Origin: a virus
Length of the DNA: 40,716 nt
Virus record (IMG/VR): IMGVR_UViG_3300037851_000243
Location: 1 to 40,716 of that record
Strand: one strand, 5' to 3'
Under the pieces are notes generated by a model. That model worked only from the letters and a program-made list of their open reading frames with translations. It was not told the DNA's origin and did not search any database. Positions 33,241 to 40,173 of this stretch are shown piece after piece (the first letter of the stretch is position 1; each line of letters starts with the position of its first letter). A program made the position numbers and the translations under genes.

Positions 33241-33462
33241 ATGACCACTGCGGAAAGATTGCTCGCTGATATCGAGACATTTCTGAAAGCCCACGACATG
33301 TCGGCAACGACGTTTGGGCGGTTGGCTTGCCGCGACCCGCATACGGTCCGGTGGCTTCGCGATGGCAATGGCGTCACATCGTCCCGCATTGATACGTTGC
33401 GTAACTTCATGCGGGATTATCGGCCTTCCCAAAAAAAGGTCGCAGACGTTCACGCCGCTTGA
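33241..33462 (+). CDS. Cro-like small HTH regulator (73 aa)
   Basis: It is divergent from the repressor gene and immediately downstream of the PR-like promoter. The HTH candidate is MSATTFGRLACRDPHTVRWLRDGNGVT. Confidence 0.65.
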   Translation: MTTAERLLADIETFLKAHDMSATTFGRLACRDPHTVRWLRDGNGVTSSRIDTLRNFMRDYRPSQKKVADVHAA

Positions 33463-33603
33463 GTAATCCGTAGTGTTCCAGTGCGTCACCATCGGCCTCT
33501 CTGCCGGATGGATTGGCGTGCGCGCGAGCGCAGCGGTTCCTAGCCGTTGTCAGCGTCGATCCGTCCTGTTGTGTGGCCGCGTCCATGTCCTCCTAACCTC
33601 AAA

Positions 33604-33632
33604 CCCTCGGCGCGAATGCCGAGGGGATTTTT
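33604..33632 (+). terminator. Rho-independent terminator (tR1-like) downstream of the cro-like gene
   Basis: The sequence is ccctcggc-gcgaat-gccgaggg followed by gattttt. Confidence 0.65.
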
Positions 33633-33803
33633 CAGGGATATATCCCGATCATGTCCGGGACACACAATCGCAACGGTCCATGTGCGCGTTTCATCCGCGT
33701 CGATGCGACCTGAAACGAAAGACGCTCCGTTGTTTGCGCAACGGAGCGTTGAAGAGTCACATCTGCATCCCGAATGACCCAACCACTCAGGAAACAACGG
33801 TCC

Positions 33804-34019
33804 ATGAATATCAAACCGACACCGAAACGCAACACGGCAGAAGAATTGTCAACAGCCGCGATGAGTCTTCTTGGTCATCCGCGCGCCGCACTTCTCACAG
33901 CGCGCGACCGCGACGACCTCTGGGGTGTCGCGACGAAGGTTTATCCCGCGTCTGCTCAATGGCGCACTGTTGTTGCGATCATTGCGGACAGGCTCGAAGG
34001 GCGGAGTCAGGTGGCATGA
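33804..34019 (+). CDS. Hypothetical small protein (71 aa)
   Basis: aggaaa precedes ATG 33804. The stop overlaps the next ATG (ATGA at 34016-34019). Confidence 0.45.
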   Translation: MNIKPTPKRNTAEELSTAAMSLLGHPRAALLTARDRDDLWGVATKVYPASAQWRTVVAIIADRLEGRSQVA

Positions 34020-34948
34020 GACACGTCACGCACATTCGCTTGTATCCAACCGACTGGCGGTCGGGCTGCTTGGGGCTCTCCCTCGAGCAGGAAGGGCTCT
34101 ATATGCGACTGTGTATGTTCATTGCAGAAACCGGGCGTCGCGTGCCGTTGGATGACAGTCAGGCGGCGCGGACGCTCAACGTCAACATCAACCAATATCG
34201 GAAGGTTTTGGGCGACTTGCTGCGCCTTGGAAAGGTGAAACGACATGTCGACGGATACGGAAACGACAGAGTTGAAAGCGAGCGCGCCGAAGCCCAAAAG
34301 GCGACCGATCGAAAGTCTCCCGCCAAGACCGCCGGGGAGCCCGATCGGGGCTCCAATCAGGGACAAGAACGGGCGGATCATGAGTCTTCCGTAACGGTGT
34401 CCAATGATACACAATCCAGCCTGCCCCCCCAGTCACCCCCCCTAGTCACCGGGGGGGTTACCCCCCCAGTTGAGGCGGAAAAAGATCAATCTTTTCTACG
34501 CGCGAAAAAGAACCATAACCAAATAGATGTTGTTGAGGATGGGCGCGCGCGCGAAATTGCGAAGTCGAAGTACGACCTGCTGGCGGATCGTTTGACCGAA
34601 GCCGCTAAGCCAGCCATTGCCAACCCAGCGGCGTACCCCTGCCTGCTGAACCTATCAGCTCCGCTGATGTGGCTTCGCGAAGGCTGCGATCTCGAGTTGG
34701 ATATTTTACCGACCGTGGCCGAGGTCGCCCGCAGACGTGCCGGCAAGCAGAAAATCACGTCTTGGGAGTACTTCACGGCGGCGGTGGCGATCGCCAAGGC
34801 TAAGCGTGAGGGTGGGCTTCCAGCGGTCGATGTCGCCGGTCTGGTTGCGCGATCACCATCGCTATCGGACGACCGCCGGCCCGCATGGGCTGTTGATCAG
34901 GACAGGCGCCGGCAGGCAGCGCTCGAAGCTCTCAAGGAGTATCAGTGA
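34016..34948 (+). CDS. DUF1376-type replication-associated protein (310 aa)
   Basis: ggag lies 9 nt upstream of ATG 34016. The N-terminus IRLYPTDWRSGCLGLSLEQEGLYMRLCMFIAETG is the YxxDW...eeeG.Y.rLl signature of DUF1376. The upstream 180 codons of the track ORF were rejected. Confidence 0.7.
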   Translation: MRHVTHIRLYPTDWRSGCLGLSLEQEGLYMRLCMFIAETGRRVPLDDSQAARTLNVNINQYRKVLGDLLRLGKVKRHVDGYGNDRVESERAEAQKATDRKSPAKTAGEPDRGSNQGQERADHESSVTVSNDTQSSLPPQSPPLVTGGVTPPVEAEKDQSFLRAKKNHNQIDVVEDGRAREIAKSKYDLLADRLTEAAKPAIANPAAYPCLLNLSAPLMWLREGCDLELDILPTVAEVARRRAGKQKITSWEYFTAAVAIAKAKREGGLPAVDVAGLVARSPSLSDDRRPAWAVDQDRRRQAALEALKEYQ

Positions 34949-34954
34949 GGTCGC

Positions 34955-35521
34955 ATGTCCAACGCGCTCATTCAACGGCTTGCCGTTGTGTTTGGTCCAC
35001 CGGATTTTTCAACCGATCCGGCCGCGTACATGAGCGAGATCGCCAATCTCATTCGTGGTTTCACGGCGGGCGAACTCAACAAGGCTGCGGATCTATTGAT
35101 CCGGGAGTTCCGGCCTTCGCAGCGCAAGCCATGGCCGACGCCGAACGAGATTTGCACGGCGTGTGTTGACGCGCGCACGATGATGGCGCCGCCACAATCG
35201 AATAAGGACCCTTACCAGGAATGGTCGGAGAAGGCCTTCCGAAGAGCCGACGCATTGATTGCGAGTGATTTGGGTCGTGAGGCGGCGGACTCGGGATGGA
35301 TCGCGGCGTTGCATGATTTTTGCCGAGAATACGGCCGTTTGCCGAACGATGCCGAGAGTTATCGCTGCAAAGTCCACGCTGCCGAATTCAATGAGGCCTA
35401 TCGCAATGTTTGTGGCCTCAATGGTGAGGTCAGGGGGCCTCTCAAAGGCCTCGGAGATAAAATGCTGGCGAAGCGCAATCGGCTGGCTGCAATCGCTCAT
35501 GGTCGCAACAATAACACTTGA
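34955..35521 (+). CDS. Hypothetical protein (188 aa)
   Basis: RBS gagg and coding-like composition. It is likely a replication-module partner. Confidence 0.65.
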   Translation: MSNALIQRLAVVFGPPDFSTDPAAYMSEIANLIRGFTAGELNKAADLLIREFRPSQRKPWPTPNEICTACVDARTMMAPPQSNKDPYQEWSEKAFRRADALIASDLGREAADSGWIAALHDFCREYGRLPNDAESYRCKVHAAEFNEAYRNVCGLNGEVRGPLKGLGDKMLAKRNRLAAIAHGRNNNT

Positions 35522-35530
35522 AGGCAGACA

Positions 35531-35728
35531 ATGAACCAGATCACCAACCTCCTCAATCAATGCACGCCCTTTATCCGGCTGGTCGCGCTTCTGTTCGGCA
35601 TCACAGCCGCGGTTCTGGCGTTGGCCGATATGGTCCCGATTGTTGGCCAAATCTGGCGTCCCAAAGGGTCCGCGCAAACCAACGCCATCATTGCCGCGGC
35701 GCTTGCTATTGTGTCGGGAAACCGTTGA
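35531..35728 (+). CDS. Small membrane protein with two hydrophobic segments (65 aa)
   Basis: RBS gaagg. The segments are FIRLVALLFGITAAVLALA and AIIAAALAIVSG. Confidence 0.55.
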   Translation: MNQITNLLNQCTPFIRLVALLFGITAAVLALADMVPIVGQIWRPKGSAQTNAIIAAALAIVSGNR

Positions 35729-35794
35729 GCGCCGATCGGTTCATTTCTTGTTGCGTCCCGTGTCCCGTATCAATCCTCACCACGGAGGCGCTCC

Positions 35795-36340
35795 ATGCGT
35801 CCAATTTGCAAGAAAACAGCCATTGCTCTCGGTGTCTCGCTCGCCGCGCTCATGGCCACGACGTCGTACGTCAACGCTCAATCCTGCTTCGTCGGTGCAT
35901 CAACCTCTGCGGAGGTCGGGCAGATCAAAGCTGAAGGCATCACCTTCAGCCAAAATGGCTTGGGCTTCGGTCTGCTCGGCGGGTGCGCGATCGCCGTCGA
36001 CAAATTCGACGTCGGTGCCCGCATCGCCTACGACTGGTCGCAGAACGGCGGCAACGATGGCGTCTGGCAGGCGGTCGGAACGCTCGGCTATCGTCTCAAC
36101 GAGAACGTCAAGCCGTATCTCCTCGCCGGCTATGGTGGCGTCAAGATCGACTATCAGGACTATGCGGCAAGCCATCGCGGCCTCGTTGCCGGCGCTGGAC
36201 TTGAAATCGCGCTGGGCAAGAACGTCGCGCTGATCGCCGAATACAATCGGCTGTGGCTCAGCGCCAAGACGTTCGACGACATTAAAATCGATCCTGGAGC
36301 GCATGTCGTCCGCGTTGGTGTGACTTACAAGCTGTTCTGA
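35795..36340 (+). CDS. Outer-membrane beta-barrel protein (Ail/Lom/OmpA-like 8-strand type) with signal peptide (181 aa)
   Basis: RBS ggagg. The signal peptide is MRPICKKTAIALGVSLAALMATTSYVNA-QS. Alternating beta-strand patterns are visible (GFGLLGGCAIAV, VGARIAYDW, GTLGYRL, PYLLAGYGG, LVAGAGLEIAL, ALIAEYNRLW), with a terminal VGVTYKLF. Confidence 0.85.
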   Translation: MRPICKKTAIALGVSLAALMATTSYVNAQSCFVGASTSAEVGQIKAEGITFSQNGLGFGLLGGCAIAVDKFDVGARIAYDWSQNGGNDGVWQAVGTLGYRLNENVKPYLLAGYGGVKIDYQDYAASHRGLVAGAGLEIALGKNVALIAEYNRLWLSAKTFDDIKIDPGAHVVRVGVTYKLF

Positions 36341-36341
36341 C

Positions 36342-36560
36342 GTGGATCGGCTTGAGGTTATCGCGCGCGCGATCTGGTGTGCTCACGTCGTCAAGGGAAT
36401 GAGCATTCCAAACATCGTGCGCGACACGATGGAGGACGGCCTTGATTTCGAGGCCGTCCTTAATGCGCTCAACTACGGCTATTACTGGCATACGATGGAT
36501 CACTGCCGGCGCGCGATGCGTCCGGTCTGTGGCAAACAACTGCACGGAGATGTATGGTGA
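36342..36560 (+). CDS. Hypothetical small protein (72 aa)
   Basis: GTG start 2 nt after the OMP stop. The 3' end overlaps the next gene. Confidence 0.45.
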   Translation: MDRLEVIARAIWCAHVVKGMSIPNIVRDTMEDGLDFEAVLNALNYGYYWHTMDHCRRAMRPVCGKQLHGDVW

Positions 36561-37006
36561 ACGTGTTTCGTACGAAACCGCGGCAAGAATTGAAGGCACG
36601 CGATGAACTCGTCGGCGCCGGGATCGAGGTTGTGATGCCGGTCGAATATCGGTACGGCCGACGCTCTCAATCTGTTGAGCATCCGACGCCCAAGGCGAAG
36701 CCCGTCTTAACGGGCTACATCATCACCAGCGATGGCCGTCCCAAGTCGCGCCGCATCGGCGCGTTTGTCGGCTCGATCAGGCCTGATGAGGCAGCGCGTA
36801 TGAAACGGATTGATGGTCGCACTGTAAACGCTCCGCCGGCGCGATCAGGGATTCGTGCTGGCGATGTTGTGCGGGTTCGCAAGGGACCGTTTGCGGAGCT
36901 GCAGGCATCGGTTGTTGCCGTGAAAGGCCGAAAGGCGACGTTGGTGACTTGGTTGTTTGGTCGCGAGTGTCAGTTTACGGCATCCGTCATTCATGTGACG
37001 AAGTGA
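36554..37006 (+). CDS. NusG/RfaH-like transcription antitermination factor paralogue (150 aa)
   Basis: The KOW motif is IRAGDVVRVRKGPFAELQASVVAVKGRKATLVTWLFGRE. The N-terminal NGN-like part ends in KPVLTGYIIT (compare plfPGYvFv). RBS is ggag. Confidence 0.7.
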   Translation: MVNVFRTKPRQELKARDELVGAGIEVVMPVEYRYGRRSQSVEHPTPKAKPVLTGYIITSDGRPKSRRIGAFVGSIRPDEAARMKRIDGRTVNAPPARSGIRAGDVVRVRKGPFAELQASVVAVKGRKATLVTWLFGRECQFTASVIHVTK

Positions 37007-37138
37007 TGCAGCCGACACCTTGCCATCGTAATCGCGAGCAATCGCCGTTTGCACGTCACGCGCCACCTTTTCAGCGGTCGGCATGGCGATAACAGATGCG
37101 AGCGTGTCGGGGTTAAATGTCGTCTCGTAATCCTTCAT
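36845..37138 (-). CDS. Hypothetical protein (97 aa); the 3' part is antisense to the NusG-like gene
   Basis: RBS ggagcagg precedes ATG 37138, with ATGA coupling to the upstream gene. The C-terminal half looks low-quality. Confidence 0.4.
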   Translation of the reverse strand: MKDYETTFNPDTLASVIAMPTAEKVARDVQTAIARDYDGKVSAASLRHMNDGCRKLTLATKQPSHQRRLSAFHGNNRCLQLRKRSLANPHNIASTNP

Positions 37139-37329
37139 TGTTCCTGCTCCGGTCTCGGCCACTGATGGTCACACTTCTCGCAGCGCCATCCCCACCAGTA
37201 CGTGGTGCGACTGCCGTGCTTGTGCTGCAATGCCTGTTGCGGCGACTCGTCCGCCGCTTGCGTAAAGATCGTCGCGTCGTCCGCGTTGCCGCATTTAGGG
37301 CAGACCGGAGCCGATTCATTCAACGGCAA
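37135..37329 (-). CDS. Small zinc-ribbon protein (CPKCG ... CEKC) (64 aa)
   Basis: TTG start with a strong ggagg 6 nt upstream. Two CxxC pairs are present. Confidence 0.55.
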   Translation of the reverse strand: MPLNESAPVCPKCGNADDATIFTQAADESPQQALQHKHGSRTTYWWGWRCEKCDHQWPRPEQEQ

Positions 37330-37344
37330 GCCTTGCCTCCGTTG

Positions 37345-37527
37345 TTAGGCTGAGAATTTCGGCGATCCAGGGCGGCTTGGCCTGATCGACGGGAACGTCG
37401 GACCCGCCTTGCGCGCCCGAGGAAACATTACGCGGCGGAGACGATTGACCAATCCGCGGCGCGTCGTCTTTTTGCGCCAGCGCTGCCAGTACGCTGCGAC
37501 GGCGCGCTTTCGTTCTGTCTGCATCAT
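37345..37527 (-). CDS. Small basic hypothetical protein (60 aa)
   Basis: ATGATG overlaps the upstream stop at 37524-37526. The protein is Arg/Lys-rich. Confidence 0.35.
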   Translation of the reverse strand: MMQTERKRAVAAYWQRWRKKTTRRGLVNRLRRVMFPRARKAGPTFPSIRPSRPGSPKFSA

Positions 37528-37898
37528 GGCGCGCCCCCAGCGGCAGCCGCGACAGGAAATCGGTCGCCCGGCATCCAGTCGTCTGCCTTCAAATCCACAG
37601 TCACAGCTTGGCGGTCGCCAATCTCGCGCCGAACCGTCGCCTCGTCTGGCGCGTCGAATACAGCGCAGATAACCGCGTAATCGCCATTCGCGCTCTCGCC
37701 GCTTTTCCAAAGGTGCGGTGCGCTTGGCGGCGACGGTAACTCCCAGAACGGCCATTCGATGTCGAACTCGTGCTCGTGCAGCGCTGCGATAACTTTGGCT
37801 GCAGCCACGCTATCAAGTAGCGCCTCGCAGACAACAGCTTCCACTTTGAGCCATGGATCGGTTTTCGGTTCGTACCACCGCGCCCAATATCTCGGCAT
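37524..37898 (-). CDS. Hypothetical protein (124 aa)
   Basis: RBS aaggag lies 8 nt upstream of ATG 37898 (MPRYWARWYEPK...). The upstream 51 codons of the track ORF were rejected. Confidence 0.6.
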   Translation of the reverse strand: MPRYWARWYEPKTDPWLKVEAVVCEALLDSVAAAKVIAALHEHEFDIEWPFWELPSPPSAPHLWKSGESANGDYAVICAVFDAPDEATVRREIGDRQAVTVDLKADDWMPGDRFPVAAAAGGAP

Positions 37899-37911
37899 CG
37901 CCTTCGGCTCC

Positions 37912-38205
37912 TTAGTGTGCAGCGGCGTTCGGCCGCTCGAACTCAACACCAGCTTCGACGATCTCGACGAGCGCTTGCCTTGCCGACGTGCCGTCGCCGC
38001 GCGGGTCGGCCAATGCGGCGACGATCGCCCACGCTGGCCCCATGTCAGCAATAACGTCGTCCGCGAGAGATTGCCCCATGATCGAGTGTAGCGCTTGAAG
38101 CGCTGTGATCTTGGTCCGGCCGGCGCACTTGATGCATCGGCACGTACAAAAATCGACCTTGCGGCCGTGACGCTCCAGAATTGCTACTAGTTCTTCGCTC
38201 GGCAC
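37912..38205 (-). CDS. Hypothetical Cys-containing protein (97 aa)
   Basis: GTG start with gaggag upstream. Contains CTCRCIKCAG. Confidence 0.55.
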   Translation of the reverse strand: MPSEELVAILERHGRKVDFCTCRCIKCAGRTKITALQALHSIMGQSLADDVIADMGPAWAIVAALADPRGDGTSARQALVEIVEAGVEFERPNAAAH

Positions 38206-38215
38206 TCCCAGCTCC

Positions 38216-38557
38216 TCAGTTGTTCTGTGAGTTGAGCTTTATGCCGAGCACCTCGCGCATCGCAGGGGACAGCTGCGCGGCGACTTCCTGACCGGACGGG
38301 CTGCGTGCCCATTCGTCGGCTTCCTCCTTTGAGGCGTCAAACTCGCCATCAGCGACGCGCTCAGCCAACTCGTTGAGCCCGTATTTCTTGCAGAGCCGAT
38401 GCAGCTCTGTGATGGGACACACATGCATGTCTCCATAGTCGCTGAACTCTCCGGCTGCCGCGCGCGCCATCAGCTTATCGTGCTTGCCGTCTGGATTGTA
38501 CTCGCGGATTGCTGCGACCAGTCGCTCCGCCGTCGCTTTCGTTGCCGGTCCCATCAC
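38216..38557 (-). CDS. Hypothetical acidic protein (113 aa)
   Basis: ATGA coupling and a coding-like sequence. Confidence 0.65.
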   Translation of the reverse strand: MMGPATKATAERLVAAIREYNPDGKHDKLMARAAAGEFSDYGDMHVCPITELHRLCKKYGLNELAERVADGEFDASKEEADEWARSPSGQEVAAQLSPAMREVLGIKLNSQNN

Positions 38558-38754
38558 GTCGGCTCCTTGTACAGCTTGGCGCGGACAATGCAGTCCTTGG
38601 CTTCAAGCAACTTGCGCAGGCCCGCCGTGCGCTCAGCATTCGCCGGCAGCGTATCGACGATCTGTTGCGCGAGGTCGCCGAATGGCTTGCTGATCTCCTG
38701 CAAGTGCGGCGGAAGATGCGAGTAGGCGAAGAATTGCATCATGCGGTCAGTCAT
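38554..38754 (-). CDS. Hypothetical small protein (66 aa)
   Basis: RBS aggag precedes ATG 38754. Confidence 0.65.
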   Translation of the reverse strand: MTDRMMQFFAYSHLPPHLQEISKPFGDLAQQIVDTLPANAERTAGLRKLLEAKDCIVRAKLYKEPT

Positions 38755-38765
38755 TTCAAATGCTC

Positions 38766-39332
38766 CTATGATCCACGGCCCGATCGGCCGAACTGTTTGT
38801 AGTACCGCGACATTGACCAGCCCTTGGGGCCTGCCGCCACCGCATCCTCATTCGTCCGATGGCGCAGATCGAACCATGCCACGCGCGCACGCTCGATAAC
38901 GTCAGGCGGAAACACCTTGGCGGGTCGGCCCGTGGATTTGCGCCCGTTTTTCCTTCCAGCTGCCGCGCGCCCCGCACTCGTCAGGTGCTCGATCGCGTCG
39001 CGAATCATACCATCGCGCTCCGATTTGATCGAGGTAGAGCGCGACGTTTCCACCTCGAAAATCGACGCGCCCTTGGCCTCGATCTGCTCAATCGCCGTCC
39101 ACAGCGCGTCACGCGGCTTGTCCTTGTAGGTGGTGCGCGGCGCGGCCAGGACATGCAACCACACGACTGCCACAACGTCACCCTTGCGCAGTGAGCCAAT
39201 CAGGTCAGCGAGCGTCTCGGTCTTGCTCTCAACATAGACGATCCGACAGACGGACAACGCGGCCCGCTGCCGTGCCTCAGTGAGGCGTGGCAGCGGGCGC
39301 ACATAGCCGCGCATGGTTTGTCGCAATTCCAT
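38766..39332 (-). CDS. Resolvase-like (serine-recombinase fold) protein apparently lacking the catalytic Ser (188 aa, or 182 from ATG 39314)
   Basis: By-eye alignment to gamma-delta/Tn3 resolvase gives these pairs. GYVRPLPRLTEARQ aligns to GYARVSTSQQ. RKGDVVAVVWLHVLA aligns to EEGDVILVKKLDRLGR. IEAKGASIFEV aligns to FDAQGVSIRFI. The C-terminal tail is basic and HTH-like. The upstream 119 codons of the track ORF are antisense to the repeat array and were rejected. Confidence 0.55.
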   Translation of the reverse strand: MELRQTMRGYVRPLPRLTEARQRAALSVCRIVYVESKTETLADLIGSLRKGDVVAVVWLHVLAAPRTTYKDKPRDALWTAIEQIEAKGASIFEVETSRSTSIKSERDGMIRDAIEHLTSAGRAAAGRKNGRKSTGRPAKVFPPDVIERARVAWFDLRHRTNEDAVAAGPKGWSMSRYYKQFGRSGRGS

Positions 39333-39428
39333 TGTGCAAATGATCTGCACCATATTTGACAGCGCGTCAACTATGTGCTTTGTACCGTCAACAGCGAGAC
39401 GAAATTTTACCCAACTGAGGCCGCGAAC

Positions 39429-40148
39429 ATGACACAATACAAAATAATTGACGGCATGCTGACCCCGCCTGACGGTCTCAGTGTCGGCGGCAACCTCGAC
39501 CTCAGAGGCACCGCAATCACCGCCCTGCCTGACGGACTGAGCGTCGGCGGCGACCTCTACCTCAGCCACACTCCAATCACCGCCCTGCCTGACGGACTGA
39601 GCGTCGGCGGCGGCCTCTACCTCAGCCACACTCCAATCACCGCCCTGCCTGACGGTCTGAGCGTCGGCGGCGCCCTCTACCTCGGCCACACCCTAATCAC
39701 CGCCCTGCCTGACGGACTGTGCGTCGGCGGCGACCTCGACCTCAGCGACACCGCGATCACTGCCCTGCCTGACGGTCTGAGCGTCGGCGGCAACCTCGAC
39801 CTCAGCGACACCCCAATCACCGCCCTGCCTGAGAATTGCAGATTGGGCGGGAAGCGTATCTCCGACGCGCCCATCATCCCAGACATTGATCGGGCAGTGT
39901 ATGCAGCGGCCTCGCAGCCGGGCGCGCTGGATATGAGGAGATGGCATTGCGGCACCTCACACTGCCGTGCCGGCTGGATCGTGACGCTGGCCGGAGAAGC
40001 AGGTAAGCGGCTGGAGATTGACACGGGCTCCACGGCCAACGCTGCGATGCTGATTTATGCTGCGAGTGCGCCGGGCCAGCCGATCCCCGACTTTTATTGT
40101 GATAACGAGGCGGCTCTGGCCGACATGAAAACCAGAGCAGGGCGGTAA
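39429..40148 (+). CDS. LRR-like repeat protein, copy A (239 aa; 6 full repeats, 1 degenerate repeat and a C-terminal domain)
   Basis: gagg precedes ATG 39429 (MTQYKIIDGML...). The 20-aa units are PDGLSVGGxLxLxxTxITAL. The C-terminal domain contains RRWHCGTSHCRAGW and FYCDNEAALADMK. Confidence 0.8.
   Translation: MTQYKIIDGMLTPPDGLSVGGNLDLRGTAITALPDGLSVGGDLYLSHTPITALPDGLSVGGGLYLSHTPITALPDGLSVGGALYLGHTLITALPDGLCVGGDLDLSDTAITALPDGLSVGGNLDLSDTPITALPENCRLGGKRISDAPIIPDIDRAVYAAASQPGALDMRRWHCGTSHCRAGWIVTLAGEAGKRLEIDTGSTANAAMLIYAASAPGQPIPDFYCDNEAALADMKTRAGR
39478..39837 (+). repeat. 60-bp in-frame tandem repeat array (6 units)
   Basis: The units start at 39478, 39538, 39598, 39658, 39718 and 39778. 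Confidence 0.95.
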
Positions 40149-40173
40149 CGATTGAACAGGAAAGGCCGCGAAC

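Noticed and set aside
33473-34015. N-terminal 180 codons of the 491-aa track ORF
   Set aside because: This part is Arg/Cys/Ser-rich, spans an intrinsic terminator and hairpins, and has no RBS. The recognisable DUF1376 domain begins at the internal ATG 34016, which has a ggag RBS and ATGA coupling to the 33804-34019 ORF.
39333-39689. Upstream extension of the 307-aa minus-strand ORF (38766-39689)
   Set aside because: The extension is the antisense translation of the LRR repeat array (repeating …VAEVEVAADAQSVRQGGD…). The same applies to the minus-strand ORFs at 140-502, 156-410, 39677-40039 and 39693-39947.
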